Shown here piece by piece: positions 61,801-64,000 of a DNA stretch of 64,000 bases. Every line of letters begins with the position of its first letter. The stretch's first letter is position 1. The notes below the pieces were generated by a model that was not told the origin of the DNA, did no database searches, and saw only the letters and a list, made by a program, of their open reading frames with translations. The DNA is from Klebsormidium nitens (Eukaryota > Plantae > Klebsormidiophyceae). Position numbers and translations under genes: made by a program. Location: assembly GCA_000708835.1 (NCBI GenBank), contig DF237018.1, positions 1 through 64,000 of the forward strand. Direction: 5' to 3'.

Positions 61801-62675
61801 ACGTTGTGGTGGTAATCTAACCAGGTTTTTGCTAATGGGTACCTTAGAACCTCCCCTTTCAACCACCACTCCTTATCATGGTACTTCTGAGAGACTGTTG
61901 CAATTCTGGGGCCTCGTCCCAATCCCGAACACAACGGCAGTCACAGGGTGGTAACAAAACCAGGAAGCTCGAAACAGCGGTGGTTTCATGCAAGTTACAG
62001 AAACAGAGTTCTTTAGTCAGACGCTTCGCTTTTACCCCATATCAGCGAGCCATCCGAGCATCAGAGGTATGTGCAATTCAATGAACTTTGACATATGGAC
62101 CTGTATTTGGGCTCCAGTTCAGCTCAAGCGGAAGGTTTTTTCAACAGAGATTTCGCTCTCAGCTATGAGCTCAGGATGCTAAGCCCTCACACCCTGTGGC
62201 AGCCTGGACTTGCTAGCCCCACCCAATTGGTCCATACGTCCGTCCTGGGCTTATCACTCGTACTCTACAATGGAGCTAACATATTACCCTTTAAGAGATT
62301 GATGATTGTTCCAGCTTGCCCAAAGCTGAGTGGCTCTGAATAAAGTTGAGACGCCCAGCAAGCTCAAGTGACTGGAATGCAAGCTCACACATTTTCACAG
62401 CTCACATTGCGTTGCTAAGAAAGCCCAAAGCCCCAAACAGTTCAGTGAGAGCTTATTTGAGCAGGTTGCTCTGGGAGACTGATAGTATTTGCGCATAACA
62501 TGGAGAGTGCAGCAGGACTTAGACATCAATACAGGTGTTCTTCTCAGCTGGACACGTCTTAAACGATTGGGTAAACTGCAGAGCTGCGCCTTACCTCATT
62601 GATGCCATCCTCAGCCATGCTCCCCACCGGCCAGTCTCCCAGAGCCTCCGCCATGCGCGCCGCCTTCTTGCTCAT
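52866..62675 (-). CDS. PPP4R4: Serine/threonine-protein phosphatase 4 regulatory subunit 4-like HEAT-repeat protein with low-complexity Ser/Pro/Gly tail
   Basis: ELARLSVDESLSDVDRA, EAWLSVL, ALCQ|DTDASVRCAMCCQL, VVPELLELLEDEQATVRAAA, CAWNLPG, LAQDPCARVRKTIA, WRAH, APVRASAA...LMRHNKR, RILFLDFC, DLLQ|DPVVCVR...LPALKSAIRLPDD follow PP4R4 motifs in order. A probable first coding exon is 62595-62675 (MSKKAARM...GINE|gtaagg); confidently coding from 61136 down. Confidence 0.88.
54301..54346. other. Assembly gap / ambiguous bases inside a GC-rich low-complexity exon
   Basis: Run of N at about 54308-54327 plus isolated Ns at 54301 and 54346. Confidence 0.98.
58667..59044. repeat. Diverged about 87-bp direct repeat within a 1-kb PP4R4-like intron
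   Basis: 58667-58753 and 58959-59044 share GGATGGAGGGAGAA, CCGGGCAACC, TCGCGAGC, GGCTACA and GGCTAACTCTGCTGGA. Confidence 0.85.
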
Positions 62676-62789
62676 GGCTACTGTCCAACTAATAAGCAGT
62701 TTACCCAGAGCCAACCAGCCTACCGCCTCCTTTCTTCAACTTCACTTGACTTGTTCAAGCAACATAGCGTGGAGCTCATGGACACGTTC

Positions 62790-62814
62790 TAGGGTTTCAG
62801 CCATTTTAGGGTTC
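62790..62814 (-). promoter_or_regulatory. Telo-boxes in the PP4R4-like/RPS27 divergent promoter
   Basis: TAGGGTTT 62790-62797 and TAGGGTTC 62807-62814. Telo-boxes are established elements of plant ribosomal-protein promoters. Confidence 0.5.
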
Positions 62815-63551
62815 CATATTCTAGCTCAAGCAGACTTTCAAATGCGCTTCTTTCCTCAATGAAAAGTCCTCTCACCGTTGTTTCTCCATTGGTTTCATCA
62901 GGATCCCTCCAATGACAACATTTGGGCTGAGATGATGCCCTTCAGGACTTTCCCTGCACTTTACCCATCTTTTCATCAGAGCTCCATTGAAACTGGTGCT
63001 GCATTTGGAATCAGAAAGAAGTTCAATGTACCTATCTGAAAGCCTATCCGGAAGGAGGTCAAAAATTGGAGAAGCTCCATATGTATGCACGCATGATGAA
63101 TCATGAAGAGACTTTTGTGAGTGTTGACAAAATCAGATTTGCTGGCTCCACTTGCCAAACTCATGCCAGCACTTTGCAAAGCGCAACCTCCGCGATGCTA
63201 TGGGCTACCATGATAAGCTATAGCCCTATCCGCCGGGCACGTGATTGCTGCATGTTGCATAGCTTATGATCGGGATGAGGAACTCATGCTGCATGAGGCC
63301 CTGTAGTTCCGGTCAGGGTTTCGAGTCGGAACGTCACGGCGGCTCACAATCTGTCACAAACGACTGGTCGTAGGGTCGCACCGGGGGGGTCAAGTAGCGT
63401 AACCGGCCTTGCAAGAGTGCACAGCTTTGGAGAACAGGGCCTTTTTCGTGAAACGGAAGGGGGGACAGAAGGGAAGCTCCGTCTCTTTGCTCGTCCTTTT
63501 TCGCGCGCACTCCAAGCAGAGCAGACGAGGCGCCCCATACCATCGGCCACC

Positions 63552-63931
63552 ATGGTGAGTTGCTTCTGCCATATGGAATGGTGCTTTTGATCTGTTGTGC
63601 TGCTTTTGCATTTTTTTAAGCTTTTGCCAGCAGGGTTTGCTTGCGGCGGCTGAGACGAGAATGGCTTTTCGCTGTTTGTTGGGGCAGCGGTTCATCAAGC
63701 TTTGCTTGTGCATGGTTCTTTCTGCTATTCCAGTGGTCTGATCTACTAAGGAGCACTTGGATACTTCGCCTGATAGGTCTCTCGCTTGACATGTGTGCAG
63801 GTTCTCTCTAACGATATTGACTTGCTACACCCTCCAGCGGACTTGGAGAAGAGGAAGCACAAGCTTAAGAGGCTGATTCCTACTGCTAACTCTTTCTTCA
63901 TGGATGTCAAGTGCCAGGGTTGCTTTAACAT
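63552..63931 (+). CDS. RPS27: 40S ribosomal protein S27 (5' part; runs off the window)
   Basis: ATG|gtgagt intron, then exon 63801-63931 [44 protein letters not shown]|gtaagt. Confidence 0.97.
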
Positions 63932-64000
63932 GTAAGTACTTTATCATCACCTTTGGAGTTGCAACCCTGCTTGACCCTCCTTTCTTACTTGTGATTTGTG

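Noticed and set aside
62300-62339. C/D-box snoRNA (TGATGA...CTGA)
   Set aside because: The span is only 40 nt with no terminal stem, too short for a snoRNA.
1-64000. tRNA, rRNA, snRNA genes and U12-type introns
   Set aside because: No T-loop/cloverleaf, rRNA or snRNA signatures were found by eye, and the RTATCCT-like matches do not fall at exon boundaries. A covariance-model scan would be needed to exclude them formally.

Overview
Eukaryotic nuclear DNA: intron-rich (GT-AG), gene-dense, with GC3-rich internal exons. The gene content points to a green-lineage alga, most like a streptophyte alga such as Klebsormidium (inference, not verified). Manual splicing supports 13 protein-coding loci: a selenophosphate synthetase (SelD) fused to an NADH-dehydrogenase-like domain (-), plastid IspE (+), an OTU-like protease (-), fibrillin FBN4-like (+), CAF1 deadenylase (-), CTNNBL1 (+), an intronless orphan with a likely transit peptide (-), a bacterial-type DUF2252 kinase-fold protein with a likely transit peptide (+), a SHW1-like membrane protein (-), a plastid TPR-like protein (+), a frameshifted MYND-finger locus (-), PP4R4-like HEAT protein (-) and the 5' part of RPS27 (+). 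The genes form almost strictly alternating head-to-head pairs. The tail-to-tail gaps are filled with lower-GC islands dense in perfect palindromes. There is also a MITE-like element in a fibrillin intron, a GC-AG intron, several small duplications and one N-gap. I could support no rRNA, tRNA or CRISPR array. Exon boundaries were read by hand; family assignments come from remembered motifs, not database searches.
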